From an uncultured Nocardioides sp. (GTDB lineage: Bacteria; Actinomycetota; Actinomycetes; Propionibacteriales; Nocardioidaceae): 64,000 bases of DNA. Made by a program: the position numbers and the translations under genes. Below are positions 10,801 through 18,713 of the stretch, piece by piece. The notes below the pieces were generated by a model that made no database searches, was not told where the DNA came from, and worked only from the letters and a program-made list of their open reading frames with translations. The stretch lies in the NCBI GenBank assembly GCA_964503015.1, contig CAZDAO010000002.1, positions 3,680 to 67,679 on the forward strand, given 5' to 3'. Numbering within the stretch: position 1 is the first letter of the stretch; every line of letters begins with the position of its first letter.

Positions 10801-11366
10801 GAATCAACCCGAGCACCGGTGAACCGCACCTGCCCCACGCCGACAAGTCCCCGGCCGCGCAGGCGAGAGGTCTCAATCTGTACCAGGTGGACCACGGACT
10901 GCTCGTCGATGCCGACCTGTTCAAACGCCTCAGCCTCCGCGCCAGGGCCCGCGGCGGAGTGGACGGACAGCGTGACCTCGCCACCGCCCTCCGACTCGTG
11001 AGCGGACGCCCGTTCGACCAGCTGCGACCCGGTGGGTGGACCTGGCTCTTCGAGGGCGAGCGGCATGACGAGTACGCACTGGTTGCGGTCGCCGACGTGG
11101 CATTCACCCTCACCACTGCGTACCTCGCTGCTGGCGACCTGATCCGCGCTCGGGCAGCTACAGAGATCGCGATGCTCGCCGCTCCCGACGAGGAGATCAC
11201 CCGGCTTTGCCTCGTGCGCATCACCGAGGCGGAAGGTGACGCCGCCGGGGCCCAGAAGATTCTGCGCGAGCAGGTCTGCAACCGATTCGATGGCGACGAC
11301 GCTCCGGCTGAGCTGACCGAACGGACCGAGACCATCATTCGTAACCATCAGTGGCTCGCAAGCTAG
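7839..11366 (+). CDS. Membrane protein with two LysM domains and C-terminal winged-helix/BTAD (SARP-like) region
   Basis: LysM1 HTVKPGESLWSIA...PGWVLRIP; LysM2 TVQRGDTLTAIA...DPDLIQPGWTLTIP; internal TM; RLSLLGPV...ELLAFLAL; VDADLFKRL...ALRLVSGRPF. Confidence 0.88.
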   Translation: MTHPNHHHEIQRELPYRRRQRVPGRVLGLLATLLVVGILLGLPALLIAIGATPLSGVSPSLTSLVDSLLTPDDGTLVLATLQVVAWGAWAYAAAGLLTELAARVRGVPSPRLPGLGASQLMAKTLIGLATLLFVAAPNVTGAAPASASPIAPSAASSARPPEATTLTSTGGGGVAPSDRVTGTETRSAPTRTAHSNHAAPSAPTQTFDHTVKPGESLWSIATLHLGDGSRFTEIVELNRDTVGDKPGFLRPGWVLRIPITADTIDTSGARHPTVQRGDTLTAIAGDLLGDPGRYLEIFHASTSTIQHDGDRLTDPDLIQPGWTLTIPRATSSPGRSAAEGAQSRHHDGSSHSNGDAQSDPASESPVDHSHSNLGSRSGSRSNESQRPHDDAPTQRSDVRDGDERNDGPASEVSATEHDEVGEEDSVVSSPWFVAGLAGGGMLLAGAFLLALRTRRRSQFRTRRPGRTIAAPDPALAQFEKSVAAATAAAVTVAFADQVLRRLAARVAATRSSMPPLAAVELGHGALTLHLSAPADLPAPWHGTVDRTHWHIDAPGLDIGSTAESVGDLSSDATESDAEVQDLEAPYPLLVTIGTSDTGETWMLNCEELGALAISGDLDHAQSFLRHLAAQIAVNPWSSRVTAACIGVAAEAASMDERLTYVAETDGLATLVQDTTNAAEASIIRARAHDTDVSTARTGYLDDDTWPARLLLVDAISTEPATRALLEHLTQLIAQHPGQASTAVITSDPTGPVHDARNPVVTLHVTSSGRITLEEAGLDLVSVGLTPEEADGCARLYAQRAALDDVPVPADDADIDADIDSDVESAIDADGYGWVTYADRVGALREEYTQPRDAHQDDDVTAYVSILDGDDEDYLRSGALTEDDLQAVAPKVPADLRAEVESADPLLDQDVADWFDHNCPRPRLSLLGPVTARAHGQALAKRKPYFTELLAFLALRRHHGATRDEVCDAFGISPGKCRDYINIVRDWLGINPSTGEPHLPHADKSPAAQARGLNLYQVDHGLLVDADLFKRLSLRARARGGVDGQRDLATALRLVSGRPFDQLRPGGWTWLFEGERHDEYALVAVADVAFTLTTAYLAAGDLIRARAATEIAMLAAPDEEITRLCLVRITEAEGDAAGAQKILREQVCNRFDGDDAPAELTERTETIIRNHQWLAS

Positions 11367-11392
11367 CGGCGACCCGCGAAGGAAGTGACGGC

Positions 11393-12031
11393 ATGACCGA
11401 TCGAACCCGTAGCAAAACGGCACGACGACGTCGTCACCTCGGGCGGGCCGTCGCTGCGCACTGCGCACTGAGCACCCTGCTGTGCGCCGCTTCCTGCGGT
11501 GGCAGCGACCCAGACAACGGCAACCCGTCCACCGACCGCAGCCCGACTAGCGCCACATCCGGAACGACTGATCCGACGCCGACAGAGCCGACCACCAACG
11601 AACCCGCCTCGAACGAAGACAGGGCCGCAGCCGCGCTCCTGGGCTACCTCGCCGTTCGAGACACGGCCTACTCAACAGGTCGCATCAGCAAGAAGCTCAA
11701 CAAGTACGCGACTGACCAGGAGCATTTCGCCTTGCAGCAGTTCGTACAGCAATTGACCGCTCCTCCTGAGACGCGTTTCCAAGGAGATTGGGGACACGAG
11801 GTCGTCGGCGTTGAGATGCAGGCAGATGGAACTGCTTTGGTGACGGACTGCGAAGACGGCAGCAAGGTAGATGTGATTCGCGTTGCCGATTCTTCGGTCT
11901 TGCCATGGATCAAGTTCGAGGGCCGGGAGCTCCCGCGCAGACTCGAGCAGGTCTATCGGGTCGAGAAGGCTGGGGGGCGATGGAAGGTCTCGTCCGCGGA
12001 GTCGTTACCGAATGAGGTGACGAAGTGTTGA
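11393..12031 (+). CDS. Putative lipoprotein
   Basis: Basic N-terminus, lipobox-like LCAASC|GG, Thr/Pro linker, C-terminal VTDCED...GGRWKVS. Confidence 0.75.
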   Translation: MTDRTRSKTARRRRHLGRAVAAHCALSTLLCAASCGGSDPDNGNPSTDRSPTSATSGTTDPTPTEPTTNEPASNEDRAAAALLGYLAVRDTAYSTGRISKKLNKYATDQEHFALQQFVQQLTAPPETRFQGDWGHEVVGVEMQADGTALVTDCEDGSKVDVIRVADSSVLPWIKFEGRELPRRLEQVYRVEKAGGRWKVSSAESLPNEVTKC

Positions 12032-12942
12032 CCCGGCTCGCGGTGATCGGAGCAGCAGTACTCGCCTTAATGAGCGTCGCATCCATGAGCAATGTCCGCG
12101 CGGCTCAAAGCGGTGACGATGGCTGCTACAAGGTCACCTACAAAGACCCGAAGACTGGCGAGATCAAAATCAAGATCGTATGCCCCGGCACGCCCGGAGG
12201 CGGCGGCCAGAACACCGGTAGCGGAACCGTAAAGTGCTTCTTCTTGGGCAACGAGGTTCCGTGTGAGAACCAGGGGGCTCCTTGGAGCGCGGTGCACAAC
12301 TGCTGGGTGACTCGGGTGGATCCTCAGGACCCGCCGCCGGCTGGCAAGACTGATGAGGACGGTGACTGGTACTTCTGTTCACCTCCGCCGCCCTATATCG
12401 CCCCAACGGGAGGGCCCCCGAGGGTCTGGATCGAGGGTCCGGCGAGTGAGTGGGTGAACCCCGGGGAGCTTGCTGCGCGTGCTGTGGCAGCAATGGATCT
12501 CGAGCCGATCGGGATCGGGATCGTCCCGGAGGCCGGAGAGGATCGGATGGGACTGATCGGACTCCCCGTGTGGATGTGGGTGGGGAACCCGGCCCCCAAC
12601 ACCTTCGGGCCGATCACGAGGTCGGCGTCCGCAGCCGGCGTGACAGTCACCGCCACGGCTTCGGTCGCGAAGGTCGTGTGGGACATGGGTGACGGCTCCG
12701 ACCCGATCACGTGCGGCGTAGGAACGCCCTACGCGGAGCGCTACGGGAAGTCGGACTCTCCAACGTGCGGGTATCGCTACCAACAGACCAGTGCCGACCA
12801 ACCTGAGGGTGGCTACGAGGTCGCGGCGACGTCCTACTGGAGGGTCGAGTGGGCCGGGGGAGGGATGACTGGCGTGATGGAGTTTGACCTGTCCACAGCC
12901 GTCGCCGTCCGCATCGGTGAGGCCCAAGTCCTCACTCAGTAG
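12025..12942 (+). CDS. Secreted Cys/Trp/Pro-rich protein with PKD-like C-terminus (possible adhesin)
   Basis: Signal peptide; eight Cys; GLPVWMWV, VVWDMGDG...C...GTPY...SPTCGYRY. Confidence 0.75.
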   Translation: MLTRLAVIGAAVLALMSVASMSNVRAAQSGDDGCYKVTYKDPKTGEIKIKIVCPGTPGGGGQNTGSGTVKCFFLGNEVPCENQGAPWSAVHNCWVTRVDPQDPPPAGKTDEDGDWYFCSPPPPYIAPTGGPPRVWIEGPASEWVNPGELAARAVAAMDLEPIGIGIVPEAGEDRMGLIGLPVWMWVGNPAPNTFGPITRSASAAGVTVTATASVAKVVWDMGDGSDPITCGVGTPYAERYGKSDSPTCGYRYQQTSADQPEGGYEVAATSYWRVEWAGGGMTGVMEFDLSTAVAVRIGEAQVLTQ

Positions 12943-12990
12943 AAGCGGCACAGCAGAAGTGTCAGGGCGCAGCTGATGTGCTGGTGGTGT

Positions 12991-13689
12991 TCACCAGCAG
13001 CTGCCCCATAGGCCGGCGTTGTTACGGCGGGCGCGGTTGACGCCGCGAACGTATTCATGGTCACGGGCGACCGGCTTGCCGCCGAACACGTACCGCTTGG
13101 TGTAGCCGTCCCAGGCCTGCCGGAAGGAGAGATCGCTGTAGCCGCCCTGGCGCTTGACGTAGCGCAGGAGGCGTCCGTAGCGGTCCTTGGCTGCCTGGGT
13201 CGGGTCGGAGACCAAGTGCACGGTCGACCGGACCGGTGCCATCCGGCGGAGGTTGTCGGTCGCCTCGCTGGCGCCGCAGCGCCCGCGCTCGGGGGTGTTG
13301 ATGCCGAGCATCCTCACGGAGGCGAGGCCCCCGGCGCGGAGTCGAACCTTGAGGGTGTCGCCGTCGATCACGCGGACGACGTTGCCGGTCTCACGGTAGA
13401 TGCGCGGTCCCTGGTCCTGGTGGTTGTTGGTGCCCGAGGTCTGGCCGCCGGGGTTGCCGCGACCGATGCACGGGCACGGGTTCGACTCGCAGGCGACGCC
13501 GTTGTTGTCCGCGTCGAGACCGTGCGGGTCACCGGGTCCAGCGTTGTTGAAGAAGTTCTGTGCCGCGGCCTGGCTCGGGAAGTCGCCGCAGTCGCGGTCG
13601 ACGCGCGCGCTGGCGGGCAGCTGGACCCAGGTCGAGAGGCCGAGGCCGACGAGCAGCAGGGCCAACGCCCTGACGATGTGCTTGAGCAT
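12991..13689 (-). CDS. Secreted thermonuclease (SNase) with Excalibur Ca-binding domain
   Basis: Signal peptide; DRDCGDF...LDADNNGVACE (Excalibur); VVRVIDGDTL, VRMLGINTPE, DRYGRLLRYV, GLWGSC (SNase). Confidence 0.9.
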   Translation of the reverse strand: MLKHIVRALALLLVGLGLSTWVQLPASARVDRDCGDFPSQAAAQNFFNNAGPGDPHGLDADNNGVACESNPCPCIGRGNPGGQTSGTNNHQDQGPRIYRETGNVVRVIDGDTLKVRLRAGGLASVRMLGINTPERGRCGASEATDNLRRMAPVRSTVHLVSDPTQAAKDRYGRLLRYVKRQGGYSDLSFRQAWDGYTKRYVFGGKPVARDHEYVRGVNRARRNNAGLWGSCW

Positions 13690-13901
13690 GATGTTCCCCC
13701 ACGATGGTGCTGATGTTGACCGGGGCACGTTGTCAGGAACCGGCTGACACGCGCTGGCGAATGGCGCGCGTTGCGACTTTGGGATGCCTCCGTGACACCT
13801 ACGCGTGGCGGGAGAGGTCGGGCATTCGCACCCGAGGCCCTCAGGGCGCCCGTGCTGTGGACGAGGTTTCGCGCACGTCGCCGCGGGGGCAGGATGACGC
13901 G

Positions 13902-14879
13902 GTGGCAGTCTCGGAGACGTGGATCTCGTGGGAAGAGGCCGCACGCATCACGGAGATTCGGTTACCCACCATCGAGCACGCGGTCCGGATGAACCGCGTC
14001 GTCCGCCGGCCGGCTCGGGGGCACTATCCAACTTTGGATCGCGCGTCGGTGCTCGAGTGGGCGGCCCGGCACCGACAGGTCCAGGTTGACCGCGCTGAGC
14101 GGCGTGCCGCTCGTGAGCAGCGTCAGCAAGCAGCGCGCGAACGGACGGTGCCGAGGGGCCCTGACCTGCGCGAGATCCTGAGCGCGCGAGTCCCTGCCGC
14201 GGGCGCCGGCGCGACCTCCGGCAGTGGGTGGCTGTCGGTGCAGGACGCTGCCTTGGCGTTGCTGTGCTCGGAGAGCTCAGTCCGGCGGTGGGTGAGACGC
14301 GGCGATCTCGAGGCCATGTTCGATGGCCGCACGTGGGTCTCGGGGGAGTCGGTGAACCGTCTTGCCGCTGCGCGGACGGCTGACGAGTCGGCGTGGGTGA
14401 GCCAGGCGGATGCGGCCGAGATCGTCGGGTGCTCGCACGGTCGGATTCCGGAGCTCGTCGAGGAAGGGCTGCTGGTTCAGCGGCCCGGTCCGCGAGGGAG
14501 GGCATCCATCAGCCGAGAGTCCGCGGTGGACGCCGCCGAGGTCTGGTCGCAGCGACTGCGCGAGGCGAAGAACGATCTGGACGAGCGGCGCCGGACTCGA
14601 CCGACGAACGCGGCGCCGGACGATGGACAGGTCTGGGTGACCACCTCGGTCACGGCGCTGATGCTGGGGATGACTCGCAACGGCGTGGGAGAGCGCATCC
14701 GCACCGGCACGCTGCCAGCCACCCTGCGCGGCAACCGGTACTGGCTCCGACGACAAGACGTGGAAGTGGCGGCCGCTGCACAAGCGTTCGCGCAATGGCG
14801 CAGCAACGCCGGCGGCGCACACGAGCCGGGGAGCGACTTCCCTCGGGCGTGGCCGTTGTCCTGCCGCAACCGGTCGTAA
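13902..14879 (+). CDS. DNA-binding protein with four tandem HTH_17/excisionase-like domains
   Basis: Four units: WISWEEAARITEI, WLSVQDAALALLCSESSVRRWVRRGDL, WVSQADAAEIVGCS, WVTTSVTALMLGMTRNGVGERIRTGTL. Start inferred (CAGGAT 6 nt before GTG). Confidence 0.75.
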   Translation: MAVSETWISWEEAARITEIRLPTIEHAVRMNRVVRRPARGHYPTLDRASVLEWAARHRQVQVDRAERRAAREQRQQAARERTVPRGPDLREILSARVPAAGAGATSGSGWLSVQDAALALLCSESSVRRWVRRGDLEAMFDGRTWVSGESVNRLAAARTADESAWVSQADAAEIVGCSHGRIPELVEEGLLVQRPGPRGRASISRESAVDAAEVWSQRLREAKNDLDERRRTRPTNAAPDDGQVWVTTSVTALMLGMTRNGVGERIRTGTLPATLRGNRYWLRRQDVEVAAAAQAFAQWRSNAGGAHEPGSDFPRAWPLSCRNRS

Positions 14880-14918
14880 TGAGTCGTCATGGGTTCGATC
14901 CGTTCGTCGAGCTGAGGT

Positions 14919-15332
14919 TCACGATGGCGACAGCAGCGACGCTTCGACCCACATCTCGGTCAGCATCCAGCCGTCCTGCTCGTCGAGCGTGACCGTGCAG
15001 ATGAACCCGTCGAACCGTCCCTCGCCGAGGGCACGCCACTTGAGGAGCAGGGCGGGCAGTCGGCCGTGCTCGCCCGAGAGGTACCAGCAGTGCCGGATCG
15101 GCGGGGGCGATGAGGTCGGCCCAGGCTGGGCGGGTGACGGCGCAGCCCAGGACGCGGGTGGCGAGGTCGGGCGCCGTCCGTGGAAGCCGGCGGTGCCGTG
15201 GCCCGCCGATCGCGCCTCAGACGGTTGCTGGGCCCCTGGGCCGGTTTGGCGATTCCGGGTGTTGGCGATCCTCTCGGCGAGGGTCTCGCGCGGGAAGCCG
15301 TCGTCACCTTGTCGGTTCATCCCGCCAGCCAC
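14919..15332 (-). CDS. Hypothetical protein, probably LexA-regulated
   Basis: Globular-looking C-terminus (HCWY...LLLKWR...WVEASLLSP); -10 hexamer and SOS box directly upstream. Confidence 0.7.
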   Translation of the reverse strand: MAGGMNRQGDDGFPRETLAERIANTRNRQTGPGAQQPSEARSAGHGTAGFHGRRPTSPPASWAAPSPAQPGPTSSPPPIRHCWYLSGEHGRLPALLLKWRALGEGRFDGFICTVTLDEQDGWMLTEMWVEASLLSPS

Positions 15333-15338
15333 CGTCCA

Positions 15339-15360
15339 AGGCTATCGAACGAATGTTCGA
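15339..15360 (-). promoter_or_regulatory. LexA SOS box abutting a -10 element (leaderless promoter)
   Basis: TCGAAC-GAAT-GTTCGA at 15345-15360 matches the actinobacterial TCGAAC-N4-GTTCGA consensus; on the minus strand it is followed by TAGCCT, 6 nt, then GTG. Confidence 0.85.
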
Positions 15361-15494
15361 TGATCGGCTGGGGGCTCCTTCTGATCGATGACGCCAGGGC
15401 AAGACCGTGGGCCGCAATTGTGGGGGACTGCGCGACATTCGGGGGGACGCCTCTGACCTGCGCAAACGGTGCTCGCACCTCGGGGTCCCGCGCC

Positions 15495-15539
15495 GTCCCC
15501 CTCGCGTCCCCCTGCGTTCCCCCTGCGTCCCCCGCGTCC
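15495..15539 (+). repeat. Four imperfect tandem copies of ~10-bp GTCCCCCTGC, with inverted copies nearby
   Basis: gtccccctcgc gtccccctgc gttccccctgc gtcccccgc gtcc; inverted GGGGGAC at ~15422, ~15442 and ~15563. Confidence 0.7.
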
Positions 15540-15636
15540 GATGAGCGGCTGCGGGTGGAGCTGGGGGACGGGTGTGGGGATCCCTCTCGTGCAGTTTCTG
15601 CGACATCGATCCGCGAACTGGAGGGAAGTCGTCGTG

Positions 15637-16542
15637 ATGAGTGCCGTGGAGGAACTGCTGGGGCTGCAGGACGGCGGAGAGCTGCTGGAGGTGGCTCGAA
15701 CGCGCTGGGACGACTGGTGTGCACGCGATGAACGGCTACGGGCGGTGGGAGGGTTCGACCAGCTCCGGCCGTGGCTTCGTCACGCCGACTACGACGCGAT
15801 CGACGAGGTCCTGCTCGCGCTGGCCGAGCTCGGAGCAATCGACGGTGGCGACGACAACGTGGCCGCCAGCGTGCTGGCCAAGTGTCTGCTCCCTGGCGCG
15901 TGCCAGCTGGCGGCCCGGCTGCAACGCCAGCAGCGCTGCCAGCCATTTCACGACCACCAGCCGGTCGGCAGACTGCGCTCGGCCGGCGCGGTCGATGAGC
16001 TGGTGGCCTCCCAGCTGTGGATCGAGGTGCGCACCGTCAGGTGGCGTCGCATCCGGCGGGTGGCCGCCAACATCCTGCTCGACACCCGAGCCGCCGTCCT
16101 GCTGGAGCTGGGCGACCACTTCCAGGTCGAGCGCCGCGACCGGTCCTGGGCTCGCACCACGGTGATCGGCGAGCACGACACGTTCGAGACGGCGATCGGG
16201 ACTGCGAGCAGGATCGCCGGCACAAGCGCTCCGGAGGAGCCTGAACGGGACAACAGCGCGCGGTCCGAGGTCACCGAGCTTCTGGCCTGGGCGGGCACCT
16301 CGAGGGTGATCACCCCGTCCGAGGGAACTCTCCTGACGGCCGTGCTCCAGGCCGCTGCTGACGTCGAGACGCGGAACGTGCGCCGCGGATGCGGCGGGTT
16401 GCTGAGCAACGAGGTCTCCCGACGGGTCGCTGCACAGATGGGCGTCTCGGAGAGCACCGTGCGGCGCCGCACGTCACGCACCGTCCGGGCCTTGGCAGCC
16501 GCTGCCCCGCGGTTCACCGAAATGCTGAGCGATGCCTGCTGA
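15637..16542 (+). CDS. Sigma-factor-like / C-terminal HTH regulator heading the conjugation operon
   Basis: Region-2-like DELVASQLWIEVR...AANILLDTR; HTH VAAQMGVSESTVRRRTSRTVRAL; GGAGGGA RBS. Confidence 0.65.
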   Translation: MSAVEELLGLQDGGELLEVARTRWDDWCARDERLRAVGGFDQLRPWLRHADYDAIDEVLLALAELGAIDGGDDNVAASVLAKCLLPGACQLAARLQRQQRCQPFHDHQPVGRLRSAGAVDELVASQLWIEVRTVRWRRIRRVAANILLDTRAAVLLELGDHFQVERRDRSWARTTVIGEHDTFETAIGTASRIAGTSAPEEPERDNSARSEVTELLAWAGTSRVITPSEGTLLTAVLQAAADVETRNVRRGCGGLLSNEVSRRVAAQMGVSESTVRRRTSRTVRALAAAAPRFTEMLSDAC

Positions 16543-16999
16543 ACGCCAGCAGAGCGACCGTCGACGTAGGGGAGCGGAGGTGATCCGCATGCCCGATCGG
16601 CATCCCACGCCCCGCGCGGTCGCGGCTCCGCGGTCGACCCAGCTGATGCTGCCCCTACTTGAGGAACGCACCGGCCCCGGCAGCCCCGGCAGCCCCGGCA
16701 GGTCCGGCAGGTCCAGCAGTTCATCCCGTTCCAACCGGCTCGCCAGCGCGTGCCAGCCCGGACGCGTCACGGAGCTGCTAGCGATCGCCTCCCGTGAGGC
16801 CCAGGTCCTCCAAGAGATCACGGCATGTCTTGCGGAGCTGAGCGAAACCCAGGCGGCCAAGCGCGAGCTCGGCACGTTGACGGCAGCCGAGATCCGCGAA
16901 GCCGTCGAGAGCCGCCAGATCCTCGGAGCCGGACCCGCCGCGAGTGTCCCCGTTGGTGTTTCCGTTGGTCTCGCAGCCGTTCGAGGAGTCAGCGCGTGA
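16532..16999 (+). CDS. Hypothetical protein
   Basis: Fills the operon gap, overlapping both neighbours; contains 9-bp tandem repeat; start uncertain. Confidence 0.4.
   Translation: MPAERQQSDRRRRGAEVIRMPDRHPTPRAVAAPRSTQLMLPLLEERTGPGSPGSPGRSGRSSSSSRSNRLASACQPGRVTELLAIASREAQVLQEITACLAELSETQAAKRELGTLTAAEIREAVESRQILGAGPAASVPVGVSVGLAAVRGVSA
16675..16719 (+). repeat. 9-bp tandem repeat x5
   Basis: (ccccggcag)3 gtccggcag gtccagcag. Confidence 0.8.
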
Positions 17000-18204
17000 T
17001 CCGCGGCGCTCGCCCCGACCTCGACTCAGACCACGACCTCGCCTTGGACCTCGACGTGTCAGGTGGGCCTACGGCGCCACGGGGTATGTCCCTGCCGAGT
17101 CCGAACGTGCCATCGCCGCCACCGGTCCAGGTGGATGAGCTGAAGCGGGCATGGCATGCCGTCTCTGCCGGCGACTTCCGTTCCCAGTCCGAGCGCCGCC
17201 CACACCCGAGCCCATTTGCCGGCAGTGGCAGCCGCGGTGGCGGTGGCGGTGGCGGTGGCGGTGAAGGATCCGACTGGACACCGGTGGTGGGGGAGCGAGT
17301 CGTCGCCGTGGTGGGGTGCGTCGGGTCGGCCGGTGCCACCACCTTCGCGCTGGCCACCGGATTGGCCAGCCCGGGCCCGACGCGCGTTGTCGAGTGCTGC
17401 TCGTCCACCACATCCGGGCTGACCGCTGCCGCGACCGCCGAGCTCGGCGTCGACGCTCATGGCTGGCGTCAGGGCCGACGTGAGCACGTCCTCCTGCAGC
17501 GCTCGAACACTCCGATCCTCACCGTCGATGACGTCGTGCCCCCGACGCCAGCCGACCCGGACACCCTGACGATCCTCGACGTTGCGTGGGAGGCAACCCA
17601 GCTCGCCGGCTGCCGCGGATGGCTGCACGACGCGGTCGCGAACGCGGACGTCCTGGTGTTCGTCACGCCAGCGACCACGGCCGGGATGAGGCGACTGGCC
17701 GGTGCCGTCAGCCTGCTGACGGCACCGAGCCGTCTCGCCGGCACTCTCGGAGAACGTCTCGACGGCCGCCTGGGCGGGCACGGGCACGCCGCGACGCGTG
17801 TGGCGCTTGCCGTGCGCGGACCGTCCCAGCGCCGGTGGGACCGGAGCCTCGAACACGAGGCTGGAGCGGACGTCGCAACCCTGCTCGCTCACGGAGCGCT
17901 GGTCGAGATCCCACAGTGCCGTGAGATCGCCGTACGCGGCCTCGAGTCCCGCTCCGTACCCACGATGCTCACGGCCGCCGCGCGTGACGTCCTGAACCGT
18001 CTCGAGCGGCCCGCTCAGACCCAAGAGCACAACAGCGAACCACGCCCCGGGCAGGACCCCGGGCAGCTGCACCCCAACCTGCACCCCACCCCGCACTCCG
18101 ACCTGCACGCCAACCTGCACCCCGAGCCGCGGTCCGTACAAGCGCCTGCGCAGCCCTTCGACCGATCCGAGCCTCGAGCGCTGCCCTACCCGCGGGGGCG
18201 ATGA
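16996..18204 (+). CDS. Degenerate MinD/ParA-like P-loop protein
   Basis: VVAVVGCVGSAGATTFALA; LTILDVAW; ADVLVFVTPAT; GTGA overlap. Confidence 0.65.
   Translation: MIRGARPDLDSDHDLALDLDVSGGPTAPRGMSLPSPNVPSPPPVQVDELKRAWHAVSAGDFRSQSERRPHPSPFAGSGSRGGGGGGGGGEGSDWTPVVGERVVAVVGCVGSAGATTFALATGLASPGPTRVVECCSSTTSGLTAAATAELGVDAHGWRQGRREHVLLQRSNTPILTVDDVVPPTPADPDTLTILDVAWEATQLAGCRGWLHDAVANADVLVFVTPATTAGMRRLAGAVSLLTAPSRLAGTLGERLDGRLGGHGHAATRVALAVRGPSQRRWDRSLEHEAGADVATLLAHGALVEIPQCREIAVRGLESRSVPTMLTAAARDVLNRLERPAQTQEHNSEPRPGQDPGQLHPNLHPTPHSDLHANLHPEPRSVQAPAQPFDRSEPRALPYPRGR
18067..18126 (+). repeat. 12-bp tandem repeat x5 (LHPN-like)
   Basis: ctgcaccccaac ctgcaccccacc ccgcactccgac ctgcacgccaac ctgcaccccgag. 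Confidence 0.8.
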
Positions 18205-18326
18205 ACACCGCCAACTCCCCGCACTGACCGCGGTCGAACCCCGACCCCAACCCGCGCGCGACCGGCCTGACCCGCCTGGCCCGCATGACCCTGCGCGCCC
18301 TGACCATTGAGAAAGGAGGTCCAGCC

Positions 18327-18713
18327 ATGGACCTCGCCACCGTCACCAGCTCCGTCCATGTCGCCATCACGGCTCCGACCGCGGACTCCGTCCCAGGGGC
18401 CGCGGCGGACTCCATCCCCGGACACGTCCCCGGGCAGCTCTCGCACACAGTTCTGGCCGTCTGCCCCAAGGCGCCACCGGGTGCCCAGGTACCGACCGAC
18501 ACCATCACCGGCTACGTGCTGTGGGGCGTCGGCATCCTGTTCGTGGTCGGGATCATCATCGCGATCGGCGCCATCATCGCGGGCCGCGTCTTTGCCATGC
18601 CCCACGCCTCCAAGGTCGGCGTCATCTCGGTGGTCGTCGTCTTTCTGGCCGCCATCGGCTACCTGGTTCTCCCGAGCATGCTCAACGGGCTCCTCGGCAA
18701 CGGATGCATCTGA
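18327..18713 (+). CDS. Small two-TM protein, TrbC/VirB2 pilin-like
   Basis: Strong GAAAGGAGGT RBS; two hydrophobic helices; position before core T4SS genes. Confidence 0.65.
   Translation: MDLATVTSSVHVAITAPTADSVPGAAADSIPGHVPGQLSHTVLAVCPKAPPGAQVPTDTITGYVLWGVGILFVVGIIIAIGAIIAGRVFAMPHASKVGVISVVVVFLAAIGYLVLPSMLNGLLGNGCI

Noticed and set aside
12025..12942. Nucleotide-binding function for this protein
   Set aside because: No Walker motif; it has a signal peptide and multiple Cys
15495..18126. Short repeats as a CRISPR array
   Set aside because: Units are 9-12 bp, directly tandem, with no spacers and no cas genes
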